Below are positions 40,023-50,411 of a DNA stretch of 64,000 bases, piece after piece. Every line of letters starts with the position of its first letter. The stretch's first letter is position 1. Position numbers and translations under genes: made by a program. The DNA lies in contig OY970325.1 in the NCBI GenBank assembly GCA_963717145.1, forward strand, positions 2,112,001-2,176,000. The letters run 5' to 3'. A model generated the notes under the pieces. That model saw only the letters and a program-made list of their open reading frames with translations. It had not been told where the DNA came from and searched no databases. This DNA is from an uncultured Armatimonadetes bacterium (lineage in GTDB: Bacteria; Armatimonadota; UBA5829; DTJY01).

Positions 40023-40143
40023 ACCACCGTCAGTCCTGAGTTCGCCGGTGAATGACGGCGTGTAACGAAGGACGGCTCGGTGCAGCAAGGCCGTCCTTCG
40101 TTACACGCCGTCATTCACCGGCGAACTCAGGACTGACGGTGGT
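40023..40143. repeat. Family A palindrome copy 3 (compensated variant)
   Basis: Symmetric changes in both arms relative to the other copies. Confidence 0.95.
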
Positions 40144-40365
40144 TTCTCACAGAAATAACTGAGCAGCGATGTGCTCAGAATGACATCCGATACCCTTTTT
40201 TCGGTAACCTGGGAACAATACTAGCTACCAAGCAGTCAGACAAACTGGCGTTTGGTGTCGTTCCATGCAGGTGGAGCGGATCAGAGGCCGATTGCATACA
40301 TATCGTTCTTCATCTGATGTGCACCGATCAATGGATGACCGGTGGTTTGCCATCCCCCATGAGGC

Positions 40366-40397
40366 AGCCCGTTCAAGCGAACGGGCTTCTTTTTTTC
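40366..40397 (+). terminator. Intrinsic terminator
   Basis: AGCCCGTTC-AAGC-GAACGGGCT followed by TCTTTTTTT. Confidence 0.8.
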
Positions 40398-40409
40398 GCT
40401 GGGAGAAGC

Positions 40410-42404
40410 CTACTGGGGAGTGGAGATGAGTTTGATATCCTTCAGTTCCGCCCCCCGACTCCGCACGATGATGGGGAGATCCGGTCCGCCGGCCTTGGTT
40501 CCAGCGGACAAGCGGCCCGGAGACGCTACGATCAGCACCTCGTAGTCGCCGACGGGGACACCTCGGATCCGATATACTCCGCGTTCATCGGTGACCCCGA
40601 GAACACCGCCCAGACGAGCGGCTCCATCGGGGGTGGTGATGGGCTTCGGGTCTCGCCCCGTTTCCACCGGGAGAAGGCACACCCGAACATCAGCCATCGG
40701 CTTTCCGTCGCAAAGCACGCGGCCTCGGACATCGGCCCTGGGAGTGGGGCCGGCCCCTTTCGCCTTCATGCTCTGCGCGTAGGCCAGGCGCTTCTCCCAC
40801 GGGCTTAGTGAAGCCGGGTTGGCGACCTTGTCCCGGATATCCCGTTCGATACTTGACTTCACAGTCCGGCACAGAGATATCGCGTCGTCCCACCGCCCGA
40901 GCACAGACGCGACACGGAACTCCTGTAGACCGCCCTGGCGCTTAGTATTCAGCTTTGGTTTCTCCGCACGGTACCGGTTCAGCACCTCATCGTAGTCAGC
41001 CACAAGCATGGCGTTGGTGCGGTCCAGGCCCATACCACGGAGTGGATAGCCATGGTGCGGATACCTCTGATCCAGCATCCGCCCAGTCGCGATGGCCTCC
41101 CCTGGACGCCAGTTGCGCGACTCGGCGAGGTACTTCAGGTAGATCGCGCCGGAACGAAACGCGCTGTCCGGGTATTCGCGGATCAGCCGATCGCACAGGC
41201 TGATCGTCTGACCGAACCTGCCGTCCTGAGACTTGCGGGTCACCCGGCCGTCCGAATGGATGTGGATGACGGAGTTCCCGGGATGAGTCGTCTTGTCCTC
41301 CGGAGGCATGTCTATGTGGATCCACCAGCATTGGCCCTCCAGCCTGGATGCCTTCACCAGCAACTGCCGACCGGCATCGTAGTGCCTCACGAAACCGTGC
41401 GCCCAAAGTGCGAGAAAGATCGTCGGCAGGGCGATAAGCGGCACTACCGATCTGACTCGATCGAGGCGATTCTCCGGCGCAGTACTCATCACGTGTGTCG
41501 CGCTCCCGAGCACCAGCCCGCCCACCAGGCCCGTGATGCACCATATCCAGAGGGAGGATACCACCACGTCACCCTCGCTCCAGGCGGCACGGTAGCTCTG
41601 AAGGAGGAGAACGCTGTGCGCCGCGAACATCACGCCGGAGCAGACGGCTCCGAGTGCAGCGCCGATCGGAGCGCGCCGTACCATTCGGCCGCGGATGTCG
41701 CCACCGGAGCTTGCGGTAAAGATAAGACCCGTGACGGCACCGAGGACGCCGCCGATGTAGAGGCTGTATTGCAGCCACCTTGCGAAGTCGATCTCGCCAA
41801 TACCGCCCAGTAGCGCTGCCATCGGCAGCGAGAACCCGCACATACTCGATACCCCGTACATCTCCCACGACCTTCGACCGGCGTCCTGGCTCACAAAGTA
41901 CGCAACTACGCCAATCAGAAGGAGAAGCGGTGTTCCAACCGTCAGGATCGGCCAGGCCTGTCTCTTGGACTCGGCTTTTTGCTCCGGGGTCCTCCGTTTG
42001 GCCAGGCGGCCCTGCCGGACTAGTTCCACGGTGCCTGCTATTATCAGGACCCCGAGGAGGGCGAAGATCGCGCCGACACCGAAATCAAGCTCGCCGACCG
42101 TCAGTGAATACGGGATGCCGATCCATATGGCGGCGTAGATGATCGGGTAGTGGGCTGCGGTGACGGTACGAAGCCCGGCCCATGCACTGCCCGTGGCCCA
42201 ACGCCCCGCGAGCCAGACGGAGAAGATGACGAGTGCGAAGGAGAGAGGGAAAAATGTCGAGGTGAACCACGGCAGGCCACTCTCGGCCTCGGGAAGAAGT
42301 AGCCGGGTCGGGAGGAACACCTGGGCCTCGACGACGCCGAACAGGAGTCCGGCGGATCCCAACAGACCGCAGAATACGAGCACTTTGGCCCAGAGTCTAT
42401 CCAT
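40410..42404 (-). CDS. Hypothetical polytopic membrane protein with C-terminal TPR-like and carboxypeptidase-regulatory-like beta domain
   Basis: Own start MDRLWAKV with GGAGGT RBS; many TM segments; VRGRVL..GKP...TDERGVYRI.GVP.GDY. Confidence 0.75.
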   Translation of the reverse strand: MDRLWAKVLVFCGLLGSAGLLFGVVEAQVFLPTRLLLPEAESGLPWFTSTFFPLSFALVIFSVWLAGRWATGSAWAGLRTVTAAHYPIIYAAIWIGIPYSLTVGELDFGVGAIFALLGVLIIAGTVELVRQGRLAKRRTPEQKAESKRQAWPILTVGTPLLLLIGVVAYFVSQDAGRRSWEMYGVSSMCGFSLPMAALLGGIGEIDFARWLQYSLYIGGVLGAVTGLIFTASSGGDIRGRMVRRAPIGAALGAVCSGVMFAAHSVLLLQSYRAAWSEGDVVVSSLWIWCITGLVGGLVLGSATHVMSTAPENRLDRVRSVVPLIALPTIFLALWAHGFVRHYDAGRQLLVKASRLEGQCWWIHIDMPPEDKTTHPGNSVIHIHSDGRVTRKSQDGRFGQTISLCDRLIREYPDSAFRSGAIYLKYLAESRNWRPGEAIATGRMLDQRYPHHGYPLRGMGLDRTNAMLVADYDEVLNRYRAEKPKLNTKRQGGLQEFRVASVLGRWDDAISLCRTVKSSIERDIRDKVANPASLSPWEKRLAYAQSMKAKGAGPTPRADVRGRVLCDGKPMADVRVCLLPVETGRDPKPITTPDGAARLGGVLGVTDERGVYRIRGVPVGDYEVLIVASPGRLSAGTKAGGPDLPIIVRSRGAELKDIKLISTPQ

Positions 42405-42466
42405 GTCCGGTCGCCACCTCCACGGTATTAGACATACTACAGCTCGCGGAGTTGCATCGGCGCACC

Positions 42467-43331
42467 TTAACCTTTGAGCGCACCCGCGGTGAGGCCGGCG
42501 GTGATCTGGCGCTGGAAGAACATGTAGACGATCAGCGTCGGGAGCATCACCATCACCAGGCCGGCGAAAAGCGTGCCCCAGTTTGTCTCGTAGTGCTGGA
42601 CCATCATCAGGTTCTGCGATCCCGAGCGGAAGCGTGCGCAGGTTGCTGTCGGCGATGATGACGAGGGCGAGCGGATACTCGTTCCAGATGCCGAAGAAGT
42701 TGAATATCCCCGCGGTGATGAGCCCCGGTTTCGCCAGGGGAAGCATGATCCGCCAGAACGCGGTGAAGTGCGAGCAGCCGTCGATCAGCCCGGCCTCCGC
42801 GAGTTCGCCGGGGAGCGTCTTGAAGAAGCCGGTCATGATGAAGACGGTGAACGAGAGCGAGTATGCCACGTAGGCGGTGATCAGGCCGAAGTAGTTGTTC
42901 CACATGCCCAGGCTTCGGAGCAGCAGGAACAACGGGACGATGCTCAGGAACACGGGGAACATCATGCCGCTGATGAACGCCGTGTGGATCGTGCTGCTGC
43001 CTGGGAAGACGAAACGCGCGAGCGCATAGGCCGCCATCGAGCCGATCAGCAGGATGAAGAACATCGAGACGGCGGTGACGAATACGCTGTTCGCGAAGTA
43101 TTGCCCGATCCCCGCCTCAGTCCACGCACGGGTGTAGTTCTGCCACTGCATCGACACGGGGAGCTTCCAGGGGCTCTGGAACAGCTCGATCGAGGTCTTG
43201 AATGATGCCGAGACGAGCCACACCATCGGGTAGATGACGATGACGGCGTAGGCGAGCAGCATCGCGTGGAGCAGCCCGCCCTTCACGATGCCGAATGCCG
43301 AGAGTCTGGTTCTTGCTGGTTGCTTTCCCAT
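42467..43331 (-). CDS. Carbohydrate ABC transporter permease (MalG-like), +1 frameshift near 42614
   Basis: EAGLIDG EAA loop, WNEY, RTLPLG; true tail NLMMVQHY...FFQRQITAGLTAGALKG* is in another frame. Confidence 0.9.
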
Positions 43332-43351
43332 GTCAGCTCAATATGTAACCT

Positions 43352-43426
43352 GGAATGTAGTGGCCGTGCCTCTGTGCCGGCCTACAACGTCACATGGCCG
43401 GCACAGAGGCACGGCCACTACATTCC
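43352..43426. repeat. REP-like palindrome, family C
   Basis: GGAATGTAGTGGCCGTGCCTCTGTGCCGGCC and its inverse, between the permease genes. Confidence 0.92.
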
Positions 43427-43431
43427 CGCTC

Positions 43432-44319
43432 CTAGTACTCCACCACTTCCCGCCGCATGAGGCGGATGGAGGTGACCGAGATGATGAATATCAGTATGAA
43501 CGCCACCACGCCAAGCGCGGTCGCATATCCGAAGTTGCTCTCCTCGAACGCCAGCCGGTAAAGGTAGCTCAGCATGACCTCGGTGTGATTGTTCGGGCCG
43601 CCGTCGGTCATGATGAACACCAGGCCGAAGATGTTCAGCGTGTGTATGATCAGATACACGATCGCCATCTTGAGGATCTCCCACACCAGAGGCAGGGTCA
43701 CGTGCCGGAACGACTGCCAGTTGTTCGCGCCGTCGATCAAGGCGGCTTCATAGAAGGTCTCGGGGATGCTCTGGACTCCGGCCAGGAAGAGCACGATGTA
43801 GAACCCTATCGAGTACCAGATGGTCGTGGCGATGAGCGCGTTCAATGCCATGTTCGGTTCGCCGAGCCATCCGGTGGAAGCGTACTGATCGAGCCCGATC
43901 AGCTTCAGGAGCGCGTTCAGGATCCCCATGCGCGGGTGATAGACGAACGACCACAGTACCGCCACTGCGACGACGGAGATGATGTTGGGGAATAGAAAGA
44001 CCGCCCGATAGCTTGACGATCCCCTCACCTTCTTAGCCAGCGCCACTGCGATGAACAGCGCGACCGGGATGATGATGAGCAGGGCGGCGGCCGTAAACGT
44101 GAAGTTGTGCTTCAGCGCCATCCAGAAGACCGGATCGTCGAAGAGCAGCCGCCGGAAGTTGTCGAGCCCGACGAACTCCTTGCTCCTCGAGAAGCCCCTC
44201 CATCGGAACATGGCGATGTAGAACGCCTGCGCCATCGGGAACAGGAAGAAGACGGCGTACAGCAGTCCCGCGGGCGCGAGGAATGCGAATATGGTCAGAT
44301 ATCTGTCTCGTTTGAGCAC
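43432..44319 (-). CDS. Carbohydrate ABC transporter permease (MalF-like)
   Basis: FVGLDNF, YEAALIDGA, VTLPL, MTDGGP, FGYATA. Confidence 0.94.
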   Translation of the reverse strand: MLKRDRYLTIFAFLAPAGLLYAVFFLFPMAQAFYIAMFRWRGFSRSKEFVGLDNFRRLLFDDPVFWMALKHNFTFTAAALLIIIPVALFIAVALAKKVRGSSSYRAVFLFPNIISVVAVAVLWSFVYHPRMGILNALLKLIGLDQYASTGWLGEPNMALNALIATTIWYSIGFYIVLFLAGVQSIPETFYEAALIDGANNWQSFRHVTLPLVWEILKMAIVYLIIHTLNIFGLVFIMTDGGPNNHTEVMLSYLYRLAFEESNFGYATALGVVAFILIFIISVTSIRLMRREVVEY

Positions 44320-44381
44320 GGGAGTAGGTTCTAGCTACCTGGCGGAGATTCCTCTCAGCGGCCGCCCGTCAGGGCATTCGA

Positions 44382-44421
44382 CCCTCACCCCCGACCCCTC
44401 TCCCTCAGAAGGGCGAGGGGA
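44382..44421. repeat. CCCTCACCCC..CCCTCTCCC..GGGCGAGGG hairpin element
   Basis: Similar to 2227-2260. Confidence 0.7.
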
Positions 44422-44447
44422 GTAATCCGCAGTCTCCGGTGCACCGT

Positions 44448-45566
44448 TCATATTCCCAACTGCATCTTAGTGCGGACCAGGTTGACGATGCTCTCCTGGG
44501 TGACCACGCCCTCGAGCTTGCCGTCACACATGACCAGCATCCGGCCCGCGTGGTCCTCCGCCATATGCATCAACGCATCGAAGGCATCATCGGTGCACTT
44601 GATGACATGCTCATCGTCGAGATGCTTGACTACATCGCTCAGTCTGGTATCCTTCCACTTCTCACGAGGGATGCTCCTCGCGTCGTTGATGCTCACGACG
44701 CCGAGGAACCGCCCGTCGTCGCTGACGGGGAACGTGCTGTAGTCGTATCTCAGCAGATAATCGTGGACGAACTCGTCCAGCGTCAGGTTTGGATCGAGAT
44801 GCGGGAAGTCCGTGCTCATCACTCGATGCACATCGACGCCGGAGAGCGCCCTCCTGAGTTGGACCTGTTGATAGCTCTGTTGTGCGGCGTTGTTCAGGAA
44901 CCATCCGATGAATACCATCCAAAGACCGCTCAGGAATCCGCCGAACAACATGGACCAGAAACCGCCAACGATGAAGAGATACGCGAACCCCTGGCCGACA
45001 GACGAGGCGATCCGAGTAGCCTTGTCAAGATCGTTCAGGACGCCCCAGAGGATCGCTCGAAAGACTCGCCCGCCGTCGAGCGGGAATCCGGGTATCAGGT
45101 TGAAAATGCCCAGCACGAGGTTGATAACCGCGAGATACCCGATGATGACCACACCGAGCCGTCCGTACAACGCCGCCCCGCCAAGTTTGAGGAGTCCGTA
45201 GAAGATGCCCGCCAGCAGGATGCTCGTCAGCGGACCGGCGATCGCCATTCTGAACTCGTTGCCGGGGGTCTGAGGCTCGGACCGCATTTTCGATACGCCG
45301 CCAAAGATAAAGAGGTTGATCCCACTGATCTCGATCCCGCTCCGAAGGGCAACCATACTGTGCATCAACTCGTGGAGGAGCACGCTGCCGAACAACAAGA
45401 GCGCTGCGATTACGCCGCCAAGCCACCTCATCGGCACGCTCAGGCCCGGCGCCATCTGCGGGAAGTAGAACGTCGCCAGGGTGTATACGATCAGCGCGAA
45501 TATGACAAACCAACTCAGGTCTACGCTGATCGGGATGCCCGCGATCTTGCCCAGTTTGAAATTCAT
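44448..45566 (-). CDS. Site-2 protease (M50) with two CBS domains
   Basis: LLHELMH, FIFGGV, AIAGPL, FNLIPGFPLDGGR, C-terminal CBS pair. Confidence 0.95.
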   Translation of the reverse strand: MNFKLGKIAGIPISVDLSWFVIFALIVYTLATFYFPQMAPGLSVPMRWLGGVIAALLLFGSVLLHELMHSMVALRSGIEISGINLFIFGGVSKMRSEPQTPGNEFRMAIAGPLTSILLAGIFYGLLKLGGAALYGRLGVVIIGYLAVINLVLGIFNLIPGFPLDGGRVFRAILWGVLNDLDKATRIASSVGQGFAYLFIVGGFWSMLFGGFLSGLWMVFIGWFLNNAAQQSYQQVQLRRALSGVDVHRVMSTDFPHLDPNLTLDEFVHDYLLRYDYSTFPVSDDGRFLGVVSINDARSIPREKWKDTRLSDVVKHLDDEHVIKCTDDAFDALMHMAEDHAGRMLVMCDGKLEGVVTQESIVNLVRTKMQLGI

Positions 45567-45668
45567 ATGAGATCACCTTACCTTCCATCCCGGCTGCCGG
45601 GATCGAGTGCCTGCAGGGTTACTTACCCGCGCACATCGTTCGGCAAAACCGGGTGCTTGGTTGTACTC

Positions 45669-45772
45669 TGTAGGAGGGATTCTCTGGGATGGCTTGTGCC
45701 CGGTAATCCCGACGGCTACCATCTGCGGTCGGGATTACCGGGCACAAGCCATCCCGTAAAATCCCTCCTACA
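45669..45772. repeat. Nested GTAG-type palindrome
   Basis: TGTAGGAGGGATT...AATCCCTCCTACA enclosing GGGATGGCTTGTGCCCGGTAATCCCGAC and its inverse. Confidence 0.88.
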
Positions 45773-45904
45773 TCGCTCTCCGTAAGATGCATTCTCCCCC
45801 GGCGCTTGACCACTGCGGGCGGGATTTGGTACACTCTTGTTGTTTGATCGGAACGACGCGATTCGCACCGGGACACCCGGTTTCAAGAATACGAGGAGAA
45901 GACA

Positions 45905-46243
45905 GTGGCGACAGACACCAAGAACGACACGAAAGAGATTTCGAAAGAGGCCGGCTGGCGTGACCTCCCGATCGGGGGCATACTCAAGGAAGCCGGGAGT
46001 GCGGAGAAGTACCTCAGCGGAGACTGGCGCATCGAGCGGCCGATCTGGGATGCGCAGAAGTGCATCAGTTGCCTGGTGTGCTGGGCGTACTGCCCGGACA
46101 GCTCGATCATCACCAATGAAGAGGGCAAGATGACCGGGATCGACCTGGACCACTGCAAGGGTTGCGGCATCTGCGCCGAGGAGTGCCCGCCGAAGGTCAG
46201 AGCGATCGAGATGGTCGCGGAGTCGGAGTTCCGGAACAAGTAG
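45905..46243 (+). CDS. porD: Pyruvate/2-oxoacid:ferredoxin oxidoreductase delta subunit, 2x[4Fe-4S]
   Basis: SGDWRIERP, CISCLVCWAYCPD, DLDHCKGCGICAEECP; TTGACC-N18-TACACT upstream. Confidence 0.9.
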   Translation: MATDTKNDTKEISKEAGWRDLPIGGILKEAGSAEKYLSGDWRIERPIWDAQKCISCLVCWAYCPDSSIITNEEGKMTGIDLDHCKGCGICAEECPPKVRAIEMVAESEFRNK

Positions 46244-46493
46244 GACCGGGAGTATCGGAGCACTAGAGTATTGGGGCCGAATGGGCGATCCATCCGGCCC
46301 TTTTTGCGTTCATGGGTCCTATGGCAGGGGGCACTGCACTCAAGATGTCCCCCTTACGAAGGGGGACCGGCCTCTGGGCCGAGGGGGTTTGCATCGCCGA
46401 CTGGAGTCGCCTCCCACAACAACCGCCCCCAGCACCCCTTCGTAAGGAGGGGAGTTCTCGGGCGGCATCGAAGCACTCCAGTGGAGGCGCTGA

Positions 46494-48191
46494 ATGAGAC
46501 GTTACCGCATATGCATGCTTGTCGCCGCAATCCTGGCAGCAGTCGTCTGCCATGCCGAGGAGGTACAGCAGTTGAAGAACACCGCTTTCACTGTGTGGGT
46601 CGCCGATCCGCTCATCAAGATCCTGCCGGATACTCCCGTGCCGCCCAGACCGGCCGCTCGCGTCAGTGTCGATGCCGTCCGGAATGAGTACGAATCGGCG
46701 CAGATTATCATCACAGCCGTGGAGAAGCTCGAAAGCGTCTCAGTGACTCCCAGCGCGCTCTCGGGCCCGTCGAAGATCGTGCCGCGCGTGGAGGCCCACT
46801 TCCTCGGCTTCGTGCCGGTGAAGAGAGGCACCACCGACACCCCGCCGGAGGATCTGGCGGTGAAGTCGCCGGCTGATGTGCCCGATCCACTGCTCGAGAC
46901 GGAATCGGTTCTGATCGAGGCCGGGAAGAGCCAACCGATCTGGCTCACCGTTTACGTCCCGAAGCGCACTCCGCCCGGCGACTACAAAGGGACCGTCGAG
47001 ATCGCTACCTCACGGGGCAGGTCATGTATGCCGCTGACGGTCTACGTCCACCCGGTCACATTGCCGGACGAACGGACGCTGTTCCTCACCAACTGGTTCT
47101 CGACCGGCAACATCGCGAGCGGGCACAAGTTGGAGAAGTGGAGTGAGCCGTACTGGACGATGCTGGGGGCCTACGCGCGTGTAATGGCCGACCACCGTCA
47201 GAACGTCGTCATCACACCGATTATGGAGTTGATCAAGGGGCGCGACGACGGCAAGGGCAACCTCACGTTCGATTTCACGCGGTTCGACCGCTGGGTCGAA
47301 TTGTTCAAGAAGGCCGGAGTGATCGGGACGATCGAGGGCGGCCACCTCGGGGGACGGAGCGACTGGGAAGCCAAAGACTTCAACGCGTCATGGCCGGAGA
47401 TCACCAACCCGGATGGCTCGATCAAGCCGAACCCGGCAGTCCTGACCGCCACCGATGAGGAAGAGCGCTTCCTGTCGCAGTTCCTGCCCGCGCTACAGAA
47501 CCACCTGGAGGACAATGGTCTGCTCGACAGCTACATTCAGCACCTTGCCGACGAGCCGATCCCGGCCAACGCAGAGAGCTACAAGAAGCTATCGTCGTTC
47601 GTGCGGAAGTACGCGCCGAAGTTGAGGATCATCGACGCGAGTATGTGCACCGAGATCGCCGGCGCGATCGACGTATGGGTGCCCCAGCCGCCGGAATACG
47701 AACAGAAGCTGCAGTTCTTCACGGAGCGGCAGAAGGCCGGCGACGAGATCTGGTTCTACACGTGCCTCGCACCGAAGGGCAAGTACATGAACCGCTTCAT
47801 CGACTACCAGCTCATCAAGACGCGGCTGCTGCACTGGGTCAACTTCAAGTATGGCCTCACGGGATATCTGCACTGGGGGTTCAACTACTGGCAGGCCGAC
47901 CCATTCGCCGATCTCGAACCGAATTGGGGCGGGGATACGCACCTTCCGCCGGGCGACTCGCACATCGTTTACCCTGGCAAGTACGGCCCGCTGAGTTCGA
48001 TACGCCTGGAGGCGCTCCGAGACGGCGTCGAAGACTTCGAGCTGCTCAAGCTCCTCGAGAAGAAAGACCCGAAGAAGGCGCGCGCGATCTGCGACTCGAT
48101 CGTGACATCACTGACCGACTACACTCGAGATCCCGGCGAGTTCAGGAGAGCAAGGGCTCGGCTCATCGAGAGCCTGGAGTCAGACGATTAG
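46494..48191 (+). CDS. Secreted DUF4091/GH123-like glycoside hydrolase
   Basis: RNEYESAQ, QPIWLTV, ADEP, WFYTC, GYLHWGFNYW, PGD...YPG, SIRLEALRDGVEDFELL. Confidence 0.85.
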   Translation: MRRYRICMLVAAILAAVVCHAEEVQQLKNTAFTVWVADPLIKILPDTPVPPRPAARVSVDAVRNEYESAQIIITAVEKLESVSVTPSALSGPSKIVPRVEAHFLGFVPVKRGTTDTPPEDLAVKSPADVPDPLLETESVLIEAGKSQPIWLTVYVPKRTPPGDYKGTVEIATSRGRSCMPLTVYVHPVTLPDERTLFLTNWFSTGNIASGHKLEKWSEPYWTMLGAYARVMADHRQNVVITPIMELIKGRDDGKGNLTFDFTRFDRWVELFKKAGVIGTIEGGHLGGRSDWEAKDFNASWPEITNPDGSIKPNPAVLTATDEEERFLSQFLPALQNHLEDNGLLDSYIQHLADEPIPANAESYKKLSSFVRKYAPKLRIIDASMCTEIAGAIDVWVPQPPEYEQKLQFFTERQKAGDEIWFYTCLAPKGKYMNRFIDYQLIKTRLLHWVNFKYGLTGYLHWGFNYWQADPFADLEPNWGGDTHLPPGDSHIVYPGKYGPLSSIRLEALRDGVEDFELLKLLEKKDPKKARAICDSIVTSLTDYTRDPGEFRRARARLIESLESDD

Positions 48192-48548
48192 GCTGCACAA
48201 GTCTTCTACGCCGCTGAACGTGTAACCGGACGGAAGGGCCTCGATCGCCGACATAGCCGACGGGGATGCGTTCCGATCTCGCGCGTGCTGGATCACGGCC
48301 TCGCGTTGGGCCGGGAACGGCGCACCGATCAGAACTTGTATTACTTCGAGGTGGCATTGTACCCGAGCGTTTTCGCATACCTCTGAGATATTCTCGTACA
48401 TGCGCTGGTCATCGAGTTGGTCGAGGCTGACTATGACCGCCTCCGGAGCGTCCTTCCTCTCCGCGTACTCGATCAACTCGTGCCTGGTGGCCGGGAACGA
48501 GAGCCCGTCCAGAGCCTTGAAGACATCCCTGCTGCAATATAGCGCCAT
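48180..48548 (-). CDS. Tandem DUF2795-like protein
   Basis: Two L.G..FPA.R..L...A....A repeats; GAGGTG RBS. Confidence 0.75.
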   Translation of the reverse strand: MALYCSRDVFKALDGLSFPATRHELIEYAERKDAPEAVIVSLDQLDDQRMYENISEVCENARVQCHLEVIQVLIGAPFPAQREAVIQHARDRNASPSAMSAIEALPSGYTFSGVEDLCSLIV

Positions 48549-48606
48549 AGCCCACACCTCTTTCCTGGTTTGCCTTAGGTATTCCCGTGACCGGCGACTC
48601 TCCAAA

Positions 48607-50196
48607 CTAGCGGGCTTTGACGATCAGAACGGCCATATCATCGGAGATCCGGTCATGACAGAAGGCACAGACGCTGGAGTGTATGCTGTCCACCAGTGTT
48701 TCCGGCTCCTCGTGGCGATGCTCCTGGGCCACCTGACAGAGCCTTTCGATCTCGAACATATCACCGTTCGACCTGGCCTCGATGAGTCCATCCGTGTACC
48801 CTATCAGCAGGTCACCGGGACGCAGCGCTAGTGACCGCTCAACGTATGTAATGTCGCCGAATATCCCGAGGGGCGGCTGCTGATCGGGACATGGAATGCA
48901 GGAGACCTCGCCGTCGGAACGAACCAGCACGCACGGAGGATGGCCGGCGCTAGCGTAGGTGACGGCACACGTCTCAGCGTCTATCACGGCGAAGAACATC
49001 GTTATGAACCCCCACTCTCGACTGGTTCTCGACAGTGCGGCATTGGCCCGTGTCAGAACATCCGCCGGTGATGGGTTCTCGGAGGCAAAGGCCCTTATTG
49101 TGTATTTGCCCATAGCGGTGTAGACGGCGGCCTCCAGGCCCTTGCCCGATACGTCGGCGATGAGGATGCCGATGCGGTTCTCGGACAACTGGATATAGTC
49201 GTAGAAATCGCCGCCCACCTCCGCGAAATCGAGCGCCGGATAGTACCCTGTGCTCAAGAGCAGCTTCCTGACCTCACGCGGGATCCAAGGCAGCAGGCCC
49301 TTCTGCAGCACCTCGGCTATGTTCTTCTCTCGCTCGAATAGCTGCGCATTCTCGATCGCAACCGCCGCAAGTTCCGCAAGGTTGCGGGTGGCCTCGATGC
49401 TCTCAGCGTTGAATGTGGAATACTCGCCCGGATTATCGATGACAGCCGCGCCCACGAAACGGCCTGCATGTGCGATCGGTATGATCAAAGCGTTTCTCAC
49501 CGCCGCCTCCGGAGGAAGGTTCTCGGCCGGCCAGGACTTCGTCTCGACATCCGTCACGACTATTGGCTTCAACTCCTTTACCACCTGGAGGAGTTCGCTG
49601 TCGAGATCCGCGAGGCTGAGGGTATAGGACTCCAAAACGTCCCGGTGCTGAATGCCCCATCCCGTCGTGCCGACGACGGAGTTGCCTTTACGGAGGAGGA
49701 TGATGCAGCGTTTGGCCCGAATCAGCTCAGCGAGTCCCCTGGCGATGACCTGCAGCTTGTCCGTCAGACTCACGGTCACCACAACGCCCTCCGCCATGCT
49801 GTATAGCGCCTCGACCTGCCGGCTCTGCCTTCTCTGCACGTCCAGCGCCGCCCGAAGCTCCGAGTCGTGGGATTCCAGAGCATCGGCCATTTCGTTGAAC
49901 CTGTCGCCGAGGAACTCGAGTTCGTCGCCGGTCCGGATCTGGGATCGCGCATCGAGCTTGCCCTCCCCGAAAGCGCGTACGGTTTCTGCGAGCACCAGAA
50001 CGGGACGGGACAGTCTGTTGCCGAGGTAGATCGCGAGGCCTACCACCAACAGCGTGAGTGCGGCCACGAAGAGCATCACCTCGCGGCGGTGCTCCCAGAA
50101 GCTTGTAGGACGTGCAACCAAGCTCCAGATGACGAGCGGGAGTAAGACGAGGAGGCTCGCGAGAATGAGCTTACTCCGAATGTGCCTGATGCGCAT
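48607..50196 (-). CDS. HAMP-GAF-PP2C (SpoIIE/RsbU-type) phosphatase
   Basis: Two TM, DEL..L...FN.M HAMP, AIENAQLF, VGGDFYD, ADVSGKG, AGHPP, YTDGL, DDMA. Confidence 0.94.
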   Translation of the reverse strand: MRIRHIRSKLILASLLVLLPLVIWSLVARPTSFWEHRREVMLFVAALTLLVVGLAIYLGNRLSRPVLVLAETVRAFGEGKLDARSQIRTGDELEFLGDRFNEMADALESHDSELRAALDVQRRQSRQVEALYSMAEGVVVTVSLTDKLQVIARGLAELIRAKRCIILLRKGNSVVGTTGWGIQHRDVLESYTLSLADLDSELLQVVKELKPIVVTDVETKSWPAENLPPEAAVRNALIIPIAHAGRFVGAAVIDNPGEYSTFNAESIEATRNLAELAAVAIENAQLFEREKNIAEVLQKGLLPWIPREVRKLLLSTGYYPALDFAEVGGDFYDYIQLSENRIGILIADVSGKGLEAAVYTAMGKYTIRAFASENPSPADVLTRANAALSRTSREWGFITMFFAVIDAETCAVTYASAGHPPCVLVRSDGEVSCIPCPDQQPPLGIFGDITYVERSLALRPGDLLIGYTDGLIEARSNGDMFEIERLCQVAQEHRHEEPETLVDSIHSSVCAFCHDRISDDMAVLIVKAR

Positions 50197-50411
50197 GTCG
50201 GCCTCCCTGCCGAACGGCAATCAAAGGCGCATCATACCTCCTGCGCGCTCCGCCTGGTCGCTTCTGCCGGAAACAAGCGCGCCAAGCGGCGTCTAATGCG
50301 GTGAAGCGTACCATATGTACCCAGGCGGCAAGAGACACTAATCGGTGTTCCGGCGGCGTTTTGACCGACGGTATGGGATGCCCGTATAATGCCTGTTGGG
50401 AGGACAGGGGA

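Noticed and set aside
40410-43331. 973-aa fusion ORF as a novel protein
   Set aside because: Explained by a single-base frameshift; both genes keep their own tail or start signals
46325-46450. Riboswitch upstream of the DUF4091 gene
   Set aside because: Looks like a degenerate CCCCTTACGAAGGGG hairpin repeat pair; no recognisable aptamer motif
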